A stretch of 64,000 nt of DNA, taken from Flavobacteriales bacterium. GTDB lineage: Bacteria > Bacteroidota > Bacteroidia > Flavobacteriales_E > Vicingaceae. This document shows positions 9,451 to 17,135 of this stretch, piece by piece. Positions within the stretch are counted from its first letter, which is position 1; every line of letters starts with the position of its first letter. A model generated the notes under the pieces. It worked only from the letters and a program-made list of their open reading frames with translations, had not been told where the DNA came from and made no database searches. The translations under genes and the position numbers were made by a program. The stretch is from the NCBI GenBank assembly GCA_026196775.1, contig JAPHUD010000031.1, positions 4,291 to 68,290 of the forward strand. The letters run 5' to 3'.

Positions 9451-9478
9451 CTGTGTATAGTTTAGTTAATTATTTAAA

Positions 9479-10441
9479 TTACCAAAGAGATCTGTAGATA
9501 ACGGTATCTGGTTGACCATTTCCATAAGCTACTCCTATATCTCTAACTGCTTGAATCATTTCGCTTTTTTGTTCTTGGTCTTTTAGGATATATTTCCATT
9601 CTCTTGCATCAAGTTCTTTAACTCTAGCTTCAATTTTACTCATTAAAGCTTTTACTTGAGTAAAACATGATGTTTGAGGCTCAATAGTAGCTAAAATTGC
9701 TCCCGCTTTTTCAGCTGCTTCAATATCCTGAGCTGCATTCCAAATAGTTTGAGCTTCTTGTAGCTTTAATTTACAATCTCTTTCAATTTTCTTTAAATAA
9801 ATTGGTTCAACAGCTTTCATACTTTTCTCAAAGCATTCATCACAAGCATCTGGCACACTACTTAATAAGAAAATAGCTTCTTCAAATTGATTTTGAGCTT
9901 CTAGGTTTTTAGCTTTTTTAATAATTAAATCACAATTGTTGTTGTAATAATCAATTATTTTAGCTTTACCTTCTTTAATAAATGCTTGTACTTCTGGATG
10001 GGCAGGTTTAATCATTTTAATTCCTGCCATATATGCTTTGTTTTCATTTACACCTACTCCTTTAACTGTAATGGTTTTACTAGCAAAAGCAGTTCCTTCA
10101 AAACCATCACCAATATAAAGTGTAACATCTAACGTATAAGCATGCATAGTTGGAGGCCCTGGAAGTATATCTTTTGAAGCAACATTGATGTTGGCAGAAA
10201 TAACAAACCTAGAATTAAAAGGGCTGGCAGAAATCCCATTTTTGGTAATTACCTCCTTTAGTTTATTGATAAGCATATTTTTTGCACTACTTGGCATTCC
10301 TTCAATTTGTTCAGGAACCCAAGCGGTAAGCATTAGTCTGTTCATTTCCGAATCTGATGCTTTTGATTGAGCAAAAGTGTTGTTACTGATGAATAACATG
10401 GTTATTGACACCAATAAAAGGTTTAATTTTAATTTTTTCAT
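9479..10441 (-). CDS. Exported hypothetical protein with a Cys-rich helical-repeat C-terminal half (operon gene 6)
   Basis: Signal peptide MKKLKLNLLLVSITMLFISNNTFAQ. The C-terminal half is helical and TPR-like with six Cys (NNNCDLI, PDACDECF, RDCKL, TSCF). Confidence 0.6.
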   Translation of the reverse strand: MKKLKLNLLLVSITMLFISNNTFAQSKASDSEMNRLMLTAWVPEQIEGMPSSAKNMLINKLKEVITKNGISASPFNSRFVISANINVASKDILPGPPTMHAYTLDVTLYIGDGFEGTAFASKTITVKGVGVNENKAYMAGIKMIKPAHPEVQAFIKEGKAKIIDYYNNNCDLIIKKAKNLEAQNQFEEAIFLLSSVPDACDECFEKSMKAVEPIYLKKIERDCKLKLQEAQTIWNAAQDIEAAEKAGAILATIEPQTSCFTQVKALMSKIEARVKELDAREWKYILKDQEQKSEMIQAVRDIGVAYGNGQPDTVIYRSLW

Positions 10442-10464
10442 AGTAAATTGGTTTTATAATGTTA

Positions 10465-11409
10465 TTATTTTCCTCCTAGTATAATGGTTGCTCTACCTAA
10501 GCCTTTAACAACTACTTTGTTTGGAACACCGAGGTCAGCTAAATACTTGCTTAATTCTCTAGCAAAACCTCTTGTGTCTAAAGCTCTTCCTTTATCGTTG
10601 TATAACGGCATTCTAACCTGTTCAAAAGTCATCATGTTTTCAGTTACATCAAGCACGCTAAAACGGTTTTTAACAGTATTAGCAGCAATCCAATCCTCAA
10701 TAACATAAGATAATTCATCTCCATTAACTTCAGATTCTAAGTCAAATTCTGAATCGCTCCATTTTTGGATTTTAACAATAACTTCTCTTCCATTTTCAAA
10801 CATATCTTCAAAATGAGCTTGAAGAGAAGCGTTAAAATTATCAATATGAGCAGTTACAGCTTCTTGTAATAATACTGGAGTTTCTGCTGTGAATGATGGA
10901 GCTCCTGTACCTTGAGCACCTGCAATTTGTTTATCAGTATAAGCATCTAGCCCTTGTAGAATAAATGTCACTGATTTTTTAGGTCCAGTAGTATTTACTG
11001 TCCATGTTATTTGCATAATAATATCTGCTTTAGCAACTTGTTTAAGTTTATCCATTGGTGTTTCATCAATATCGCTTCCAGAATCTTTTGAAGTCATCAT
11101 GTTATCTTCAGCAGCGTTTGATTCTAATGTTTTTAGTACAGATTCTAAGTTTTTCAAGGGGAAGCCTCTTTCGTTCATCATGTTGTTGATAGCACTAATC
11201 ACTAAAAGTACATCGCTATCTTCTTGTAATGCTTTTTTATAATCAGGGATTTTAATTTTTGTTCCTTGATTATCAAACTCCATGAAATAACCATTTTTAA
11301 TACACCAGTTATCACTTGGTACTACCATAATGGTTGGTTTTTTTGCTTGTCCGAATGTAGTTGAAATTGTAGCTAATATAATACTACATACTAATAATAT
11401 TTTTTTCAT
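10465..11409 (-). CDS. Exported hypothetical protein, alpha/beta-looking (operon gene 5)
   Basis: Signal peptide MKKILLVCSIILATISTTFGQ. The mature N-terminus is AKKPTIMVVPSDNW... No catalytic motif recognised. Confidence 0.6.
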   Translation of the reverse strand: MKKILLVCSIILATISTTFGQAKKPTIMVVPSDNWCIKNGYFMEFDNQGTKIKIPDYKKALQEDSDVLLVISAINNMMNERGFPLKNLESVLKTLESNAAEDNMMTSKDSGSDIDETPMDKLKQVAKADIIMQITWTVNTTGPKKSVTFILQGLDAYTDKQIAGAQGTGAPSFTAETPVLLQEAVTAHIDNFNASLQAHFEDMFENGREVIVKIQKWSDSEFDLESEVNGDELSYVIEDWIAANTVKNRFSVLDVTENMMTFEQVRMPLYNDKGRALDTRGFARELSKYLADLGVPNKVVVKGLGRATIILGGK

Positions 11410-11440
11410 AATGTTATATCTTGTTTTTAAGGGTTATAGA

Positions 11441-11947
11441 TTATTTAATTATTTTATCAGCGATCATTCTTTCTTTTAGCTTAGCTCTTTGAACTCTAAT
11501 GATAACACCATAGGTTACTTGATCTGCATACTTTTTTCTGCCCTGAACTACAGAAAAATGCATATCAGAACCGTCTTCTCCTGTAATAAATTCTAAGTAT
11601 GCTCCTTGATCGGCAAAGAAGGCATTAAAATAGTCTTCATACTTTTCTTGAGCATTTACTTCAAAAATTACTGGTTTAGGGTTACAATCTTGTCTGCCAT
11701 TTGTAATACCTTTAAAAAGTACATCTCTAACACCGTTTTTCTTCGCTTGTTCAACAGCATCTTCTCTGTTTCTACCCATGCCCCAAGCTTTTACTGTTTG
11801 AGAACCATCCATTTCAACTCCCATGCACTCTGTTTCGTATTCATAATTTCCAGACATACTTCTTTGTGGGTCTCCACAAGAGTCCATAATAAATGTAAAA
11901 GCAACAATGCTTAGTACGCTTCCTAATATAAGTTTTAGTTTTTTCAT
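11441..11947 (-). CDS. Small lipoprotein, paralog of the 11979-12500 product (operon gene 4)
   Basis: Lipobox ...AFTFIMDSC. Shares the pattern Y-E-x-EC-x-G...VK-x-W...A-x-x-QAKKN-x-V...F-x-G...C with its neighbour. Confidence 0.6.
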   Translation of the reverse strand: MKKLKLILGSVLSIVAFTFIMDSCGDPQRSMSGNYEYETECMGVEMDGSQTVKAWGMGRNREDAVEQAKKNGVRDVLFKGITNGRQDCNPKPVIFEVNAQEKYEDYFNAFFADQGAYLEFITGEDGSDMHFSVVQGRKKYADQVTYGVIIRVQRAKLKERMIADKIIK

Positions 11948-11978
11948 GTTTTTATTAATTAAATTATTTAATGTTTAA

Positions 11979-12500
11979 TTAGAATCCTGAAGATAATCCT
12001 TTGATTATTCCAGCCGCTTCTAAATCTTTTCTTAAAAGATCAACCATCACAGTTACGACTACGCCAATTTTGTATTCTTTACCAACTTTCATAGTTGTTG
12101 GTGTTCCATCTCCAGAAGTAGAAACAAACTTCATATATTTACCATTGTCTTTAAAGAAGTCTTCAAAAAATTCTTCTTTTTGTTGTTCTAAAGCAGGATC
12201 ATTAGTTAGTGGTCTTTGGTTAGTACAACCTTGAGCCCCACCTGCATATCCTTGAAAAATAATTCCATGAACTGCATTTTTCTTTGCCTGATTAATAGCA
12301 ATAGTTGCTTTTTTAGAGTAAGACCAAACTTTAATTACTTTGGTTCCAGGCTTTCCAATACCAACACATTCAATTTCGTATCTCCAGTTTTCAGTATCTT
12401 TGTTTGCTTTTTTCTTTTTGTTTATTTGAGCATTTGAAGTAAATGCAAACAATAACATTATTGAAGTTAATAAACTTGCTTTTTTTATTACGTTTTTCAT
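11979..12500 (-). CDS. Small exported protein, paralog of the 11441-11947 product (operon gene 3)
   Basis: Signal peptide MKNVIKKASLLTSIMLLFAFTSNAQ. WRYEIECVGIGKPGTKVIKVWSY...INQAKKNAVHGIIFQG...GC aligns by eye with the neighbouring gene. Confidence 0.6.
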   Translation of the reverse strand: MKNVIKKASLLTSIMLLFAFTSNAQINKKKKANKDTENWRYEIECVGIGKPGTKVIKVWSYSKKATIAINQAKKNAVHGIIFQGYAGGAQGCTNQRPLTNDPALEQQKEEFFEDFFKDNGKYMKFVSTSGDGTPTTMKVGKEYKIGVVVTVMVDLLRKDLEAAGIIKGLSSGF

Positions 12501-12526
12501 AGTTTAACTAGTTTAATTTATAATTA

Positions 12527-13882
12527 TTAATTGATTTGTCTTATTAACATACCAGGATAATACCCTTTACCTCCTTTAAAGTAAGTAAATTCAATGTCAT
12601 TTTCAATCTCTATTGGATTTCCTTCTTCATCTAGTGGTTCTTCGCCTATATTATATTTATTATTCCAAATATTTTTTTTGTCCACTTTTATAATTCCTTT
12701 TCTTTTGTAAGTAACTCGCCCCTCTGCATCAAATACTTGTTCTAAAACTTCATATTTATCTCCTCCTTCTAAACCTTCTTTCAAGCCAATTTTAGCTCCT
12801 AAAGGTTCAATACTAACTAATGGCGTTTTTGTTCTAAAAGGTTCAAATTTTCTTTGGAGTTTATTATAAACAGAGTTGATAGATTTTAATGTAGCGTTTT
12901 CAATTATCATTTCTTCACTTTCGGCATTTGAACCCAAGCCTGATATTAAAGCTCTTGTTTTTTCATACCCTAATAGTTTTAATTGAAATAGATCTGAGCT
13001 ATCAAACACAGTTTTTTTAGTTGAGTCTATAGATGTAGAGTCCATCCACATATCCATATAAAAAGTAGCTTCTATAGAGTCATTCCATTGCATTTGATAA
13101 AGATAAGCTGTTGTCCATATTGAATATCCTTGTCTAGCTTTTTCATAGGCATTTTTTGCTATTTCTAACGCTGTTTCCTGTAATGCTCCAGGGAGTTTTC
13201 CGGCAGCATCTTTAGCTATATCATAAGCAATTTTTGCTGTTTCTTCATTACTTACAAATTTTGAATAATTTACAACTACAAAAGTATTATTTATTAACTC
13301 AATACCTGCATCTTTTAACATATCTAATCCTCTTTCTGTACTCAGTGCCATGTCGGCTGCCTGAGCAGAAGCATCATAGGCTCCTCTCTCTTGAATTAAC
13401 GACATATCAAAAGTACCTTCTTCACTTCTATTAAACCATTTAGCAATCATTTTGTTGGCTAATTTAGTATCTTTAAAATATTGATCTATAGCAGCACTAA
13501 AATCTTTGTCTTTAGCTTTTTTACCTTCCTTAACTTCGTTAATTTTGTCTTGATAATCTTTTATATTGAAAGACTTAGCGCCAATGGTATGGTTGTTATA
13601 CTTATCAGGGAATTCTGCGTTTTTAAAAGTGTTAAGTATTAAATCTTTTTTAGGAAGATTGTCATCTTCAATAATCATTGTATGTAAGGAACCTCTTCTA
13701 TATTTTACAATTTCTGTGTGTTTATCTGTTTTTTGGATTTTAGTTACTTCGTCTTTTTCTTTTTTCACTTCACTTTTTTCTACGTCTTCTGTTTCTGCTG
13801 TTTGTTCTTGAGCATTTAGTAAGGTTGTTTGAAGAAAAAAAAATAGTGTTAAAATTAATCCTGAAGAAATATATTTTTTCAT
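12527..13882 (-). CDS. Exported hypothetical protein, 451 aa (operon gene 2)
   Basis: Signal peptide MKKYISSGLILTLFFFLQTTLLNAQ, then an acidic/basic low-complexity linker (EQTAETEDVEKSEVKKEKDEVTK). No family recognised. Confidence 0.6.
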   Translation of the reverse strand: MKKYISSGLILTLFFFLQTTLLNAQEQTAETEDVEKSEVKKEKDEVTKIQKTDKHTEIVKYRRGSLHTMIIEDDNLPKKDLILNTFKNAEFPDKYNNHTIGAKSFNIKDYQDKINEVKEGKKAKDKDFSAAIDQYFKDTKLANKMIAKWFNRSEEGTFDMSLIQERGAYDASAQAADMALSTERGLDMLKDAGIELINNTFVVVNYSKFVSNEETAKIAYDIAKDAAGKLPGALQETALEIAKNAYEKARQGYSIWTTAYLYQMQWNDSIEATFYMDMWMDSTSIDSTKKTVFDSSDLFQLKLLGYEKTRALISGLGSNAESEEMIIENATLKSINSVYNKLQRKFEPFRTKTPLVSIEPLGAKIGLKEGLEGGDKYEVLEQVFDAEGRVTYKRKGIIKVDKKNIWNNKYNIGEEPLDEEGNPIEIENDIEFTYFKGGKGYYPGMLIRQIN

Positions 13883-13906
13883 TTATGTATTAAAATTGTA
13901 ATAAAT

Positions 13907-13942
13907 AAAAAGAGAATTAATTAGCTAATTAATTCTCTTTTT
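13907..13942 (-). terminator. Perfect 17-bp palindromic hairpin between operon genes 1 and 2 (candidate attenuator or partial terminator)
   Basis: aaaaagagaattaatta (13907-13923), gc, taattaattctcttttt (13926-13942). A and T runs flank both sides. It sits in the only long (70 nt) gap of the operon, and I see no -7 box between it and gene 2. Confidence 0.5.
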
Positions 13943-13952
13943 ATTTCTAAAG

Positions 13953-14408
13953 TTATTTAGATTCTTGATTTTTAATTTGCTCTAATTGCCCTGGAATTGC
14001 TTTTTGAGTCTCATTAAGAGCTTTATTAGCAGCATTCACAGCTTTTACAGCTTTTATTGAATCTGTTTTAGGAGTAATAGACTTTGCTTCGGTTATAACA
14101 TCTGAAGATTTTCCCAATAATTGAGCAGCTTCTTTTGACTGCGCTTCTAAATCAGATTTAACACTTCCCAAATCATCTATATTGTTTGCTGGGTCAGACA
14201 ATGTTTTAGTAACTTCTTGATTTTTGAAGTACAAATTGAAAGCAGAATTGACATAATCATCTGTTGCAGCGTGACCAACTGCATCTGGTTTTTCTAATGT
14301 TTTAGTTTCTTTTTCTTTTTTTTCTTTCTTTTCTTTTTGAGCATAAACTTCAGTTGAAACTCCCGTTAGAAATAACGCAATAAATAAAACCCTTGTAATT
14401 TTTTTCAT
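13953..14408 (-). CDS. Small exported Lys/Glu-rich helical protein (operon gene 1)
   Basis: Start moved to ATG 14408 (MKKITRVLFIALFLTGVSTEVYAQ, then KEKKEKKEKETK). The track start at 14453 would overlap the -7 box at 14443-14450. Confidence 0.55.
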   Translation of the reverse strand: MKKITRVLFIALFLTGVSTEVYAQKEKKEKKEKETKTLEKPDAVGHAATDDYVNSAFNLYFKNQEVTKTLSDPANNIDDLGSVKSDLEAQSKEAAQLLGKSSDVITEAKSITPKTDSIKAVKAVNAANKALNETQKAIPGQLEQIKNQESK

Positions 14409-14442
14409 GTTTTTGTTGTTTATAATTAATTTTTTAACGTTC

Positions 14443-14450
14443 CAAATGTA
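14443..14450 (-). promoter_or_regulatory. Bacteroidota sigma-A -7 box (TAcaTTTG) for the exported-protein operon
   Basis: The + strand caaatgta is the reverse complement of TACATTTG, matching TAnnTTTG. It lies 34 nt upstream of ATG 14408. Confidence 0.45.
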
Positions 14451-14559
14451 CAAATAAATATTAATATCCCTAATTAATAAGTCGTTATGTTATTTTAAAA
14501 ACATGAGCAGCATTGCAAAGACTATACCACTAATTTTAAGAAAAATTAAGAAACAAATT

Positions 14560-15717
14560 TTATTTTTCTAGATAATAAGCTTTTACAATATTTCTAAGAT
14601 TATAGGCAGAAGCCATTACTTCTCCATAAGCTCCAGCAGAATGAATGACCATTAAATCACCTCTTTGAGTTTCAGGTAAATCTAAAGCTTTGGCAAAGCA
14701 ATCGGACGATTCGCAAATAGGACCAACTACATCATATCGCTCTGTTTGTTTTGCCAGTGAAGTTATATTTGTTATTTTATGTGTGGCTTGGTATAAAGCA
14801 GGACGAATAAGTTCTGTCATGCCAGCATCTACAATGGCGAAATTAGTTTTGATGCCTTTTTTAACATATAACACTTTGGTAATTAATGAACCACATTGAG
14901 CAACAACCGCTCTTCCTAATTCAAAATGTAATTTCTGATTAGGTCGGAGTTGTAATAGGTCATTAAACAATTTAAAAAAGGTTTTAAAGTCAGGAATTTT
15001 ATTGATTTCCGGATTTTCATAATCTATTCCTAAACCTCCACCAACATTAACATGGTCAACAATAATATGATGGTTATAAAACCATTCCTGAATTTCATTT
15101 ACTCGCAAACACAAGCCTTTAAAAACCGACAAATCTGTTATTTGCGAACCTATGTGGAAATGTAATCCTATTAACTTAATATTGGTGAGTTGCTCTAATG
15201 ATTTTAACACACCTTCTAATTCCCATAAGTTAATTCCAAACTTATTTTCCTCTAAACCTGTAGTTATATAATGGTGTGTTTTGGCGTTTACATTTGGGTT
15301 AATTCGCAATGCAATTTGAGCAATTTTGTTTTTCTTTTTTGCCAACTCATTTATTACTTCCATTTCTGGGATGGATTCACAATTCAAGCAAAAAATATCG
15401 TTGTCTAAAGCTATATTAATTTCCTCATCAGATTTTCCTACGCCAGCAAACACAATTTTATCTGATGAGAAATTACACGCTTTAGCTTTTAGAATTTCAT
15501 TGCCACTAACACAATCAGCTCCCAGACCATAAGCATTAATTTTTGCTAAAATCTCATTATTAGCATTCGCTTTTAAGGCATAATGTACATGATAATTATA
15601 CTTTTTAGCTTCTGAAGTAAGTAACTGTAAAGTTTGTTCTAACAACGGAAGTTGGTAGTAATAAAAAGGTGTTTTTAATTCCTTAAATCTATTTATTTCT
15701 GATGGTGTGAAATTCAT
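14560..15717 (-). CDS. lysA: Diaminopimelate decarboxylase
   Basis: Orn/DAP/Arg decarboxylase fold: PLP-Lys context HYALKANAN, GGGLGI, GPICESSD. Confidence 0.9.
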   Translation of the reverse strand: MNFTPSEINRFKELKTPFYYYQLPLLEQTLQLLTSEAKKYNYHVHYALKANANNEILAKINAYGLGADCVSGNEILKAKACNFSSDKIVFAGVGKSDEEINIALDNDIFCLNCESIPEMEVINELAKKKNKIAQIALRINPNVNAKTHHYITTGLEENKFGINLWELEGVLKSLEQLTNIKLIGLHFHIGSQITDLSVFKGLCLRVNEIQEWFYNHHIIVDHVNVGGGLGIDYENPEINKIPDFKTFFKLFNDLLQLRPNQKLHFELGRAVVAQCGSLITKVLYVKKGIKTNFAIVDAGMTELIRPALYQATHKITNITSLAKQTERYDVVGPICESSDCFAKALDLPETQRGDLMVIHSAGAYGEVMASAYNLRNIVKAYYLEK

Positions 15718-17027
15718 TAGAAAAGCGTGTTGTGTAATGATTGTAATGCTTCTTTTTTATCTGTAGTGTTTACTAAAACGGATACATTATGAAAACTTCC
15801 TCCGTAAGAAATCATTCTTATAGGTATGTTTTTTAATGCTCCAAAAATTTGTAAAGCATATCCCTTGCTTTCGGCAATAAAATCTCCTACAACACAAATA
15901 ATGCTTAAGTCTTTATCAACCTCTACAGTGCCGAATTTTTTTAAATCTTGTACAATTTCATTTAAAAACTTGGTATCATCAATAGTTACCGAAACCGCTA
16001 CTTCAGAAGTGGTAATCATATCGATAGAAGTTTTGTATGTTTCAAAAATTTCAAACACTTTTCTTAAAAAACCATGGGCTAATAACATTCTGCCTGATTT
16101 AATTTTAATAGCAGTAATACCATCTTTAGCAGCAATAGCTTTTATACCTTGTTTTTGAGTTTCATTACAAATTATAGTCCCTGGAGCTTCTGGCTGCATT
16201 GTGTTTTTAAGCCTTACAGGAATGTTAGCCAATTTTGCAGGCAACACACTTGATGGGTGTAAAATTTTTGCTCCGAAATAAGCTAATTCAGCCGCCTCGT
16301 CAAAAGACAATCCTGATAAAGGTTTAGTATTTTCAACTATACGAGGATCGTTATTGTGAAAACCGTCAATATCTGTCCATATTTGAATTTCTTCGGCATT
16401 GGTGGCAGCTCCAATTAATGAAGCGGAATAATCACTTCCACCTCTTTTTAAGTTGTCAATTTCTCCGTACGTATTTCTGCAAATAAATCCTTGAGTAATA
16501 AATATAGTTGTAGAAGGCTGTGCTGCAAGTTCTTTTTGGATATGTTCTTTGATGTAAGCAGTGTTAGGCTCTCCTTCCTCATCAATCCTCATAAAATTTA
16601 GTGCAGAAATTAAGCTAGATGAGATTTTTTGTTCCTCTAAATAATAGTGAAACAAGGCAGTTGAAAGCATTTCGCCCTGAGCCAATATGGCTTTTTCTTC
16701 AAAAAGGGTGAACATATCTTGCGTAAAAGCCCTCACATAAGAAAAATGAGATTTTATTAATTCTAATCCTTTTTCTTTAAAGCTTGATGAAGCAAAAAGC
16801 TCATCTATTACGTGCTCATATTTTTTTTCTAATAAGTTAATTTGCTCATTAGCTGCTTCTATATTTTTTTGATACAGATATCCAGCAATTTCTACCAAAC
16901 TATTGGTTGTTCCTGCCATAGCAGAAAGTACCACTATTTTTCTTTCGGGAGTATTAATAAGGTTGGCTACTTCTTTCATTCTGGTAGCTGAACCTACAGA
17001 TGTTCCTCCAAATTTTAATACTAACAT
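15717..17027 (-). CDS. lysC: Aspartate kinase (monofunctional, ACT-domain C-terminus)
   Basis: MLVLKFGGTSVGS amino-acid-kinase N-terminus, and a C-terminal ACT-like region. Its stop overlaps the lysA start (TAATG). Confidence 0.88.
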   Translation of the reverse strand: MLVLKFGGTSVGSATRMKEVANLINTPERKIVVLSAMAGTTNSLVEIAGYLYQKNIEAANEQINLLEKKYEHVIDELFASSSFKEKGLELIKSHFSYVRAFTQDMFTLFEEKAILAQGEMLSTALFHYYLEEQKISSSLISALNFMRIDEEGEPNTAYIKEHIQKELAAQPSTTIFITQGFICRNTYGEIDNLKRGGSDYSASLIGAATNAEEIQIWTDIDGFHNNDPRIVENTKPLSGLSFDEAAELAYFGAKILHPSSVLPAKLANIPVRLKNTMQPEAPGTIICNETQKQGIKAIAAKDGITAIKIKSGRMLLAHGFLRKVFEIFETYKTSIDMITTSEVAVSVTIDDTKFLNEIVQDLKKFGTVEVDKDLSIICVVGDFIAESKGYALQIFGALKNIPIRMISYGGSFHNVSVLVNTTDKKEALQSLHNTLF

Positions 17028-17135
17028 ATAAAGTACTTTTATTTGGCAGCAATATTACAAAATTTAATTTGTTATATTTTTAAAAAATTGTTGAAAATTT
17101 AACTTTAATACTTCCTAACACCTAACAAATAACGC

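Noticed and set aside
13835-13843. A9/T9 homopolymer in the signal-peptide coding region of the 451-aa gene as a phase-variation tract
   Set aside because: It simply encodes the Phe run of the signal peptide (LFFFLQ). Runs of this length are common in a genome this AT-rich, and there is no evidence of length heterogeneity.
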